Shown here in pieces: positions 54,490 through 64,000 of a stretch of 64,000 nt of DNA (positions are counted from its first letter, which is position 1; each line of letters starts with the position of its first letter). The translations under genes were made by a program, and so were the position numbers. The notes beneath the pieces are model-generated. The model searched no databases and was not told the origin of the DNA. It saw only the letters and a list, made by a program, of their open reading frames with translations. Source of the stretch: Octopus sinensis (taxonomy: Eukaryota); assembly GCF_006345805.1 (NCBI RefSeq), contig NC_043002.1, positions 60,822,001 through 60,886,000 of the forward strand, written 5' to 3'.

Positions 54490-54746
54490 TAATAATAATA
54501 ATAACAACCCTTATTCAGGGACCTTTCGAGTGGGATGAGTTACTCGACCTGAAGAAAATTCTAATTGGGCCCCACCTACAAGGTCATGTGCTGTTTATCT
54601 TGATATGAGATCACCATGTCGCGCACACATGGTTGTGATGCATGTGCCTAGTGTACCCTAATCAGACGGGTAGTCATGATGGGTATACTGGGCTTCGTAT
54701 ATTTTACCCCAGTGTCACGTTGATGGCATGCACTGCTCTCTCACTC

Positions 54747-54784
<38 letters not shown>

Positions 54785-55000
54785 TGGTTTCAAATTTTGG
54801 CACCAGGCATGCAATTTCGGGGTGGGGTGTTAGTCGATTACACCGACCTCAGTACACAACTGGTACTTACGTTGTTCAAACTAGGAATGATGAAAGGCAA
54901 AGCTGACTTTGACAGCATTTGAGCCTAGATCGTAAGCCGGAATATATACCGCTATTTGTTTTGTCCGATTTCAGAATTATTCTCCCAGCACGCCACATTC
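54785..55000 (-). mobile_element. SINE family B, degenerate
   Basis: GGTTTCAAATTTTGGCACCAGGC tail (reverse complement) and ATGAAAGGCAAAGCTGAC body. Confidence 0.65.
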
Positions 55001-55442
55001 CTGCGTCGTTTTACGGACACAAAGCTGACTAATATGATTTCGTGTTTGGGGTTAATGATTATATCCATAACATAAAGTCAACTGGAAAACAGGTATTCGT
55101 TTCCCAGTTGGCTAGTCACAATATGTTCGTTTACAAATGCAATCATCGTCTGGAACATTTCACTTACAAACAAAACAACAACAAAAAATAAAACTAATTT
55201 ATCAACAACTTTTTTTTTTGTGAAATTAAATAAAATTCAACTGCAATTCTTTGCTTCACTTGGTATTTAGTCAATGGCTCACACATTCCTGGAATATTTA
55301 ATGAACTATTATCTACGCAGTTCACATAGCCTTTTGTATGTAAGTGTGTATATGTCATTGTACGCTTGTATGTACGTAGGTATACACGTATGCATGTATG
55401 CATGTATGTATATATGTATGAATGTCGTTTGTATGGGTGTCG

Positions 55443-55550
55443 TTATTCAGTTTTATTTCAAGAATTCTTGCCAATAGTGATGGAGACGGTTTCTAATCTA
55501 GATTCAAGGCTCCTTCATTGGAATTTCAACATCAACAACAGGGTATTTTT
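55443..55550 (-). mobile_element. About 110-bp dispersed repeat in (CATA)n context, copy 2
   Basis: Matches 24542-24650; GTATGTATGT flanks on both sides. Confidence 0.6.
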
Positions 55551-55734
55551 GTATGTATGTATGTACGTATTTATGTATGAATGTACAGATTTGTATGTTT
55601 ATGTATGTATTCTCATGCATATAGTTACATATCTAGTCATGTATGTACGTGTGTATATACGTGTGTATAAGTATGTGTACGTATATGTACGTATGTATGT
55701 ATATCTGCATGTGTATGTGTGCATATATTGATTT

Positions 55735-55945
55735 GAAATTTCGGCACAAGGCCAGCTATTTTGGGGTAGAGGTTAAGTCATTTATATCCGCCCCAGTGCT
55801 TAACTTGTATTATTTTATCGACACCACCGTAAGGATGAATGGCAAAGTTTAGACTCAAAACGGAGTTTAGGACTCAAAATGTAAAGATGGTCGAAAATTC
55901 TTTAAACATTTTGCCCGCCGTACTGACGGTCCTACCAGCTTGCCA
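55735..55945 (-). mobile_element. SINE family B, degenerate
   Basis: GAAATTTCGGCACAAGGCC tail (reverse complement), ATCGAC..GGATGAATGGCAAAG body. Confidence 0.6.
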
Positions 55946-56061
55946 AACAAAGTCACACTCAGCAGAGTTTATACTCAGGATATAAAGCTTGAAGAGCTGC
56001 CACTCAGTATTTTATCTGCACGGTAACGATTCTGCAAGCTCACTCCTTATATGTATGTGTT

Positions 56062-56160
56062 TTATTATTGTTTCGTTTTATTTGAAGTTTTCTCGCCAAT
56101 ATTGAAAGAGCGGGTTCTAACCTAGATCCAAGGATTTTTCACAAGAATTTCAACATCAGC
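56062..56160 (-). mobile_element. About 110-bp dispersed repeat, copy 3 (degenerate)
   Basis: GCCAATATTGAAAGAGCGGGTTCTAACCTAGATCCAAGG matches copies 1 and 2. Confidence 0.5.
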
Positions 56161-56485
56161 TTGGTAGTGGTGCAAGTATACAGGTATATGCAGGGCCATC
56201 TTAAAGAATTGGCTCACTTTGCAGTTGACTGGGTGCTTCTGTGTTCTAGTGGTCCAGTTCTGGTTTATGTGTATTGCAACTTGCAGTTAATAAGGAATAT
56301 TATAGGCTCCGGAGCATCGATGTGCCTGCAGCCTATGAAGCTGCTAGGGCAGTATTTGTGCAAGTGTTCGGCCTCAGCACGTGTACAGGCCGGAATGTTT
56401 TTTTTATGTATGTATACTCGCTTATATGGTTGTATATCTAGATATGTACATACATACAGACATGCGTATATATATATATATATAT

Positions 56486-56560
<75 letters not shown>

Positions 56561-56620
56561 TGTGTGTATGTATGTGTGTGTACGTATAATACATATATAT
56601 ATATGCATATATATAGATAC

Positions 56621-56677
<57 letters not shown>

Positions 56678-56779
56678 CCACAACGAGTCACTTTTAGGTC
56701 ACTTGACCATTTAACATCCTTCTACTATCATAGCACTCCCGCATTCTTCTTCTTCTTCTTCTTCTTCTTAAGGGTCAGC

Positions 56780-57480
56780 TGGGCACCGTCTGTGAGAAAA
56801 ACAGCACCAGGACGCAGTTCGGTCATATCGTACTAGGAATTTGGAAACATGCTGCACTGCTTGGCATTCGCGCCAGAAACTCCAATACGAATATTTCAGA
56901 GTGCTTCGGTCTCAATCTGAGTGTTTTTCCTGTCTCCAAAAACGTGCACGAGAGTGATAAAAATCAAACATCCACTTACCATTATGGTGTTTGGAGTGAT
57001 CTCTAGTGATGGCGTCATTATGCCTCCATTCATCTTCCTAGCGGGCATCAGATTCAACATGGAGGCTTACACCAAGTGACTGGAGGAGGTAGAGTTTTCA
57101 GGGGCCAAGAAAGTGGCTGCTGGAAGACTCTATGTCTGGCAACAGGACTCTGTACCATGCCACACAAGCAGGAGAACCGAATCATGGCTGTCACACAATT
57201 TCTGCGACCATATCACCCCTAACATCTGACCATATAACTCTCCAGACTGCAACCCTCTTGGTTATTATGTATGGGGCGCAGTTAAGCGAGAGACCAACAA
57301 CATACCTTGTAACACCAAGCGAGAGACCAACAAATCTCACTGTAACACCAAAGTTGAACTGAAGTCGAGGATTATGGGAGCATACACCAACTTATACAAG
57401 GAGATAGTCCAGAAGAGTTGCAGGAGATTCCGAAGTCACCTGGAGGCCGTGGTTGAAATCAATGGTGATTTTCTTGAATG
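56780..57480 (+). pseudogene. Tc1/mariner-superfamily transposase remnant, maT (DD37D) spacing
   Basis: IKHPLTIMVFGVISSDG..PPF..YVWQQDSVPCHT..WL..I*PYNSPDCNPLGYYVWG..LEAVVEINGDFLE*; 37 residues between the QQD aspartate and the third catalytic position (here mutated to G); internal deletion near 56890-56930. Confidence 0.8.
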
Positions 57481-57935
57481 AATTTATTCTTTAGTATTGC
57501 AAAATATTTTATATAGGCTTAATAAATATATCTGTTAAAGCGCGATGTCAGTGTTATTTTAATTTTTCTATGCATAGATACATATCTTTTGCCCCAGCAC
57601 CAATCTTGAGAAATTAAAGTTCCTAAAGAAAGGCGAAAGCTAATGTAGACCCCATATGGTCTAACCACTAAGAAAAATTGTTCTCAATAAAATTTGGGGC
57701 TACATTTAGCATATTAGGAATCCACCTAGTGAACATTCCTCTTATATACATGTAATATAATTCTCTGAATCTTCAGATTTTTTCACTACGCTAGGCCACT
57801 AGTTTAAATTGATATTAATCTAATTAATATCAATTTTTACCCTTATTATTTAAATTTTATTTATTTATATACATATATATATATAAATGATGGTGTTGGA
57901 AATAGCATAGAAATAAGTCTAAGACATTTCAATTT

Positions 57936-58239
57936 AAGGGGGAATTTAATAAAAATGATTTTTTTAAATCATATAAACAAAATATTACCGGTTTTGATGA
58001 TTCTCGTCTTATGAAATATCAGATAAAAAAATTATAAAAATTTGTAGTAAGAACAGTTTATCATCTGTTTGGGGGTCAAGAATATGTCAGACATGTTCTT
58101 GGACCCCACACAGAATATAAATTCTTTTTGCGTAACATATTTATAATTTTTACTGATATTCAATAAACTGAGATTCATCAAAACCGGTAGTATTTTGTTT
58201 ATATAATTTTTAAAAATCATTTTTATTAAATTCCCTCTT
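57936..58239. repeat. About 300-bp fold-back palindrome with 1-nt loop
   Basis: Arms roughly 85% complementary by eye; centre ATGTC-A-GACAT at 58089. Confidence 0.9.
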
Positions 58240-58305
58240 TCCATCTTTTATATATGAAAATCTGTTTCTATAGATATCTAATCTTCGTTCAACTATACAT
58301 ATATC

Positions 58306-58342
<37 letters not shown>

Positions 58343-58484
58343 TATAATTAAGGGTATCTAAGAGATACCACTAAGGTAGAAACAGCAGCCAAAACTTGAC
58401 TCTGAAACCACTTTAAATGTACATACAGCAGCAGGAGAGAAAACAAATAGACAATATATACTAGCAATAAAAAATTACTGGATA

Positions 58485-58543
58485 ATTCCAGATCCAGGAT
58501 TTCTGACTCTGCATAAGAAATGCTTTGCCTTTATCAGTGGAAT
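58485..58543 (-). ncRNA. Hammerhead fold with extended stem II, G8 mutated
   Basis: Minus strand ATTCCA-CTGATAA-A-GGC-aaa-GCAT-ttctt-ATGC-aga-GTC-A-GAAA-TCC-T-GGA-TC-TGGAAT; 6-bp stem I. A partial duplicate at 58653-58670 retains CTGATG. Confidence 0.55.
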
Positions 58544-58869
58544 ATACGCTGATAGCACATAAATACAAATATATATATATATATATATATATATGCAACA
58601 TTACGAATACTTACATATATTAACGTATACATACATATATATGCACGTTGCGCATCAGTGGAATATACGCAATTAGTCATTATATTCACTGCGGTGGTCT
58701 TTTGATCATATCACACGAGGAGTTTTATGCGGCCAATTTAACCTGGTCGTGTGCATACAAGAATAGTGGTTCCTCAAAGAATTCAATGTCGGTTAGGAGA
58801 CTGAATTCACCGACACCAATATTCTTGTAAAAATATCATACAACATAATATAAATTTATATGTGTGTCT

Positions 58870-59092
58870 ATGTGTATACATGCGTGTCTGTGTTTGAACC
58901 CTCAGCATCGCTTGACAACCGATGCTGGTATGATTACGTCCCTGTGGTTAGCGGTACGACAAAAGAAACCAACATAATAATTACAAGGCTCACAAAGAAT
59001 AAATCCTGGGATCCATTTTTTCGTCTAAAGTCGGTGCTCCAGCATAGCCGCAGTCAAATAGCTGAAACAAATAAAAGAGTAAAGAGTATTAA
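58870..59092 (+). mobile_element. SINE family A, 3' half only
   Basis: CATCGCTTGACAACCGATGCTGG..GGTGCTCCAGCATAGCCGCAGTCAAATAGCTGAAAC, starting at a TG/TA tract. Confidence 0.75.
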
Positions 59093-59300
59093 TTGAAACA
59101 TTTGTAATGTGTGATGATTTATTTGTTGTTAATAATAAACTATTATTAGCTTCGCAATCCCCATTTTCTTTTTCGTGTTTTATATGAAAATAAGCTATAT
59201 ATTTTTACATACATATATATACCTATTATTTTAAGGAAATTGGTTCTTCCCAAAATATTAGGTATTATGAGGTTAACACAACCTCTAATCGAAATACATT

Positions 59301-59365
<65 letters not shown>

Positions 59366-59401
59366 TATATATATACATATGTAAACATACATATATATAT
59401 A

Positions 59402-59477
<76 letters not shown>

Positions 59478-61939
59478 GCCGTCTGCTCGATTCCGAACAT
59501 AGCGCCTTTCTCATTCCTGATAAATGCTTGTAACATACGAGATAGAATTCCCGACATGGCCACACATCTAATTATTTATTATTAATTCTGATTCAAAATA
59601 TTTTCAGTCGTCTAAAATGTAATTTCAACTCACCATCAGGTGGATACAAGACTGAACTTAAAAAAAAAACAAAGCACAACACATTTCGTAAAATAACTGC
59701 AGCAGAGACCATCATACCACGTATGCCGATACGATAATATAAGAGATTCCATCTTGCAGCTACAGCCTTCTCTAGGGTTTAAATCCCCATGCAAAACCAT
59801 TTTGCCATATTGCTACAGGTGGTAGAAAGAATGATGTTTCTGTGAAAAGTGCATATTGAAAGACAAATATCACATGACGGTCACAAGACCGTTGAATGCG
59901 AAGTTAGATAATACGATGGCTCAGGTTGTATGGTAATTCATACAGCTTATGATGAATTTCATGCAAGTCTTTTATAACGTTTATTTCTTCTGCACCAAAC
60001 ATTCTGCACCAAGCATTCGCCTCTTCGTCGTTTTCTGAACATTACTCACCCAGTCTTTCACGATGAAAATCTGTTACATTTGGAAATACATCATCTTGTT
60101 ACAACTTAATCTGTTTCTGCTCGGCTTGTTGGAAGTAAACACATTTCTCCAAACGCTTCTGCTATTTTCTTCCTATTTGAAAAGAAGATTTTTCCCTGAA
60201 ATATTATAGTATCATGAAGCTACCTATCAGTGTTTCCATTGTGAACTACTGAAGTTTTGAATTGGACAATTGTTAATCAAAATAGTAATGAATGCACGAG
60301 ACAAAGGTTGTTCCAGAAAAACTAAGATGTTTAGCAAACTTGAAAAATTTAATGCGCTGGAGAATGATTAATTGCTTGCTTTAAGCACGAGAAGAAATGA
60401 CTTCTTTCCTCACATTTGTCATATATGACATTTCTGGGCAAACATTTCCTGCAGCCATGTCTATAATTTCTACAGAGGTATTTTTGTGAAACAGCTGTTC
60501 AGTGGCTCAAATATTTTCTGGTCGGTGTCCCTGTTTGAAACAATAATAATATTTAAGAAAATATTGTAGCTATAAACGCTAGCTGACTTTATAATACACT
60601 ACTTCAGATTCAAATGTTTCCATATCCAGTGTTAGATATTCGAGTAGTTAGTCTTAAATGTGTCACCATTATTCCGGAAATAAAATTCCGATAAAGTTTA
60701 TTTATTGTTATTTCTTTTTTTAGATCTGTTTTTCACTGATTCATTCATCACTGATCCAAGTTACAACACTAGGCTCAATTGTGAACAATGTTACACTTAA
60801 CACGGATTGATCTGTGATAACACTAGTCGGACATAAGTCGAGCATTCTGCTTAGGCTACAAAAGCGCGCCCCAGTAACTATCCACAGTGCCCAGCTACAC
60901 AAAATGCACTGGCTATCGCTTGTATTTAAGGCATGGTGTTCCAAGGCTGCGTATTTTCCATACCAATTTACGTATGCATCCTATCGATATTAAGCAGCGA
61001 AAAGAAAAAAATACATAGGTGTGCTGCTCCAAACAAATGTCGTAGACAAGTGTATTCTCGACAGGAAAAGGTAAAATTGATCAAAAATGGACTTGATAGC
61101 GGAAGCTTTGCTACTGCAAGCTACGAATGTAATATGAATGAATTTAACGTTCAGCCCAGTTAGAAATTTATTTGAGATGGTTTATATACCACTGATTCAT
61201 TTAACGCAGTATTAGCTATTTAACCAAATGCTTGTGATTAACAAAGAAGGATGTATATTGTTCTGACGGCGCTAACCTTGAAGTTGTATTCTTTAACTGA
61301 TAGTTTTAAAAGTGAAAAAATTAATGCACGCTAACTTTGTGCAGTTGGTTTTATGCTTGAAGTCGATATCTCGCAAAGACCTTATCCACATGCGTAACGT
61401 AAATATCCTTTAATTTAATTGATCGCGTCTCTGTGGTTCTCACATTCTGCGATGATTTGTAATAGGTGAGGCATGAAGTTCAAGAGAGTATGCAGTGTAT
61501 CAGGATCCATAATACTAGCAACAAAATTTATAAAAGCATGTCATGTCAGGATTGAGAATATAAAGACGGGGTTTCAGAAGGAATGATGCTGAATCGCTCG
61601 TGGGTGTAGAGCTTTGTTCATATTTGATTCGTTGGATGATGAAATACCGAGGTAAATACCACTAGTTGAGACCTTATCCTACAATGATATTCACCAAATG
61701 ACATTAGATCCAGTATCTAGTCTGTGTAACAGAGCTTTTCGTGAATGTTCCATTGTTTTGAAACGCTGCGCAAAAGAGACATATAAACGGTTTGCTTGTG
61801 CAAGATCGCTCAGTAAAAAGCTCCCTATGCGGGATGCCAGTATGTTTCAGGGGTCATTAGGTGAAAATAGGCATCGTTTCGGATCCTACCTCTCGAAGGC
61901 TTTACAGTGCACCGGTCCCCCTCACCGACTAGTATTCAA

Positions 61940-62215
61940 ACTCAAGTCCATTTCAGGATCTTCAGTTCTCCACTTTGGTTTCATCATTCCTTTACAGCCA
62001 TATCCAATGACTGGCTTTCTCAACTATCGCCTGGATCTCTTTGAAGCAGGCATTTGCTTGCCGATGATGGAAACGAATTGATAGCAGTCACCGTCTCAGT
62101 CTGGTCTCAATAAAACACCTTCAACCAAATTCTACAGGAAAATTAACTCTATTCCAACCAGTATCTATACAGCCTTCTGGTAGCATCTGATAACACACAT
62201 ATTTCTTATCTAAGT
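61940..62215 (-). mobile_element. HERO-like (R2 superfamily) retrotransposon C-terminal remnant
   Basis: Minus strand GWNRVNFPVEFG*RCFI..LRR*L..KEIQAIVEKASHWIWL*RND resembles the HERO C-terminal FPVEVGCRGF..AEKASxWLWLxR pattern as I recall it. Confidence 0.6.
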
Positions 62216-62217
62216 TG

Positions 62218-62248
<31 letters not shown>

Positions 62249-62486
62249 CAAAATAAGCAACAAGGATATCAAGAGGTAATGCAGTACGATTGTTTCATGT
62301 GACTCCTTTTAATTGAACAATGCAATCATTTCATTACATCAATTTAAAAAGTAGAGCAATCTTCAGCTGCACAAATACATAGAATTTAATTAAATTAGGA
62401 CACATATGAATAATTTTACCCAAAATCTCCAAGAGGATAAGGAGATAGACAAAGAAGATGTTTTACCAACAACATTATAGTTGTAA

Positions 62487-62535
<49 letters not shown>

Positions 62536-62546
62536 TATATATATAT

Positions 62547-64000
62547 GAAAAAACAAGTCAAAAATAGAAAATGCTAAGATGATTTTATAGTGAATCTTTC
62601 AGTACCGGTTTCGGTCATTTTGAGACCTTTTCAACTGTAACGATTAAATAATTAAATTTAGAAAAATTTAGAAAAATTAGAAGAAAGGTTTTTTTAAAGG
62701 AATACTTCCATAGTAGTGTTCAGATATAGGTGGCATTCTGCCTTTCTCTGACTCCCTTGTTTGCACTTGTGTATTCGAGGTCGTTGTGAGTTCTTGAGGG
62801 GGTGGGAGTGGGAAAATCTGGGCTGGTCAGTGGCGACCGGCAGTCGCTGCGTAGGCGTTATACTTAAAGACATTAGTGACAAGGTTAAGGGGTAGAAGGT
62901 GGAGAAGTAGAAGAAGAAGATGACGGTGCCGATGATGATGACGATGAAGAAGAAGGAGAAGGAGAAGATGACGATGATGATGGTGGTGATGACGATGACG
63001 ACGATAATGATGATAATGATGATGATGAAGAAGAAGAAGAGGAAGAAGAAGAAAAAAAAAAGAGAAGGGAGAATATGAATGGGTGAAGATATAGCTGTGA
63101 TGGGGCGATTAGTAATGGATTCTATGGAATGTAATATTGTGTGTGTATATATATTTCTTTTATTCTTAAGTTGAGGTATATTAATTGTTTGTCGTAGACC
63201 CGTTAAGAAGTGGCCTGTATTTTATAATAAGAGATTTTCTTTACTTATTCGTTGTCTCGAGGTTGTATCGTCCCTAAATTGGTAGAGGGGGAAAATTCTG
63301 AAGTTTGGTGTTTTTTTTTGTTGGCGCAAGTATCTATGTGTTGGCTAAAAGCTATTTTTCTGTTTTGGGGAATTTTTATCTGGGATCTGTGCAGGGCCAT
63401 TAGTTTACGCAAACCATTTTTTGTTTGGCCTATGTACTGCTCTTGACACCGGAGCAGGTTAGTGAGTATATTAGGTTCTCCGAAGCACATGTGAAGTTGC
63501 TTTTCACTGTAAACCGTTGTCCCTGTTTGAAGGAGAACTCAGAACCCTCGATTAGATAGTCGCATATCCCGCAATTGGGTCTTCCACATTTTTTTACTGT
63601 CGGCTTCTGTGTTGAAGAGTGAATTCGGGCTTGTGTTAGGAGACTTTTCATGGATCTAGGCTGTCTTTTGCTTTTTATGATCGTGTGTGTTTGGAGGATT
63701 GTGTTCATTCTGTGGTCTTTTTTTAGGAGGGGTATGTTGTGGAGGATGGTGCCGAAGGCTTCGTTATTGAGAGGGTTGTGTGTGGAGATGTATGGTAAGG
63801 CTTTTGGTTGTAAGTTTTTCTTTGATTTGGGATGTCTCAGTTCCTTGATGTTAAGTTGAAGGGCACGTTGAATGCACTTGTCAATAAGTAAAGGTGGATA
63901 GTTCCTGGTGATAAGGGTATCTTTTAGTTCTTGTAGTCGTGTGTCTCTGGTGTTTGCGTTAGAGACTATAGTGCATATCCTTTTTGCTAGATTGAAGGGG
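62547..64000 (-). mobile_element. Penelope-like element, 3' part (RT thumb, GIY-YIG, terminal repeat with hammerhead); runs off the window end
   Basis: KRQPRSMKSLL..VKKCGRPNCGICDY..FTCASENLIYSLTC then, after a 1-bp deletion near 63448, CQEQYIGQT..HRSQI..QHIDTC; terminal segment ends at (TA)n 62490-62546. Confidence 0.85.
62600..62637 (-). ncRNA. Minimal type I hammerhead fold with U3-A8 variant core
   Basis: Minus strand CAG-TTGAAAA-GGTC-tcaaaat-GACC-GAAA-CC-GG-TA-CTG: 3-bp stem I, 4-bp stem II, palindromic ACCGGT stem III, GUA triplet; sense to, and about 600 bp downstream of, the GIY-YIG ORF. Confidence 0.72.

Noticed and set aside
60933-61163. ORF with an RRQVYSRQEKVKLIK stretch resembling a pogo/Brinker HTH start
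   Set aside because: Too short, with no continuation into a transposase.
61698-62081. 127-aa plus-strand ORF as a host gene
   Set aside because: No recognisable domain; it overlaps antisense with the HERO-like remnant, which explains its composition.

Overview
Eukaryotic, AT-rich, microsatellite-saturated non-coding DNA. The SINE repertoire and TA/TG/ATT load resemble an octopus (coleoid cephalopod) genome, which is an inference from recognition and not a database result. I could not support any host gene exon, and almost all ORFs in the supplied track are microsatellite read-throughs. The real content is transposon-derived. (1) Two R4/Dong-like RLE retrotransposons lie head-to-tail in (TAA)n tracts (49.9-54.1 kb); both are 5'-truncated at almost the same RT position and one still has a stop-free frame of about 667 codons. 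(2) There are Penelope-like element (PLE) fragments with GIY-YIG motifs and many PLE-type terminal units. (3) The window holds CR1-like, RTE-like and HERO-like LINE remnants, mariner and maT (DD37D) transposase remnants, and a TTAA-flanked Kolobok-like non-autonomous element. (4) At least three tRNA-headed SINE groups occur, with tandem arrays and swapped modules. The most striking signal is a collection of minimal type I hammerhead ribozyme folds with palindromic stem III, hidden next to TA/TG microsatellites and inside inverted-repeat units. One is fully canonical (3352-3396). One has a G3-C8 core (36454-36510) and one a U3-A8 core (62600-62637), both compensatory swaps of the tertiary 3-8 pair. 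A three-copy family deviates at A6, and several copies are decayed. PLE-associated hammerheads are an established class; activity of these particular variants is untested.
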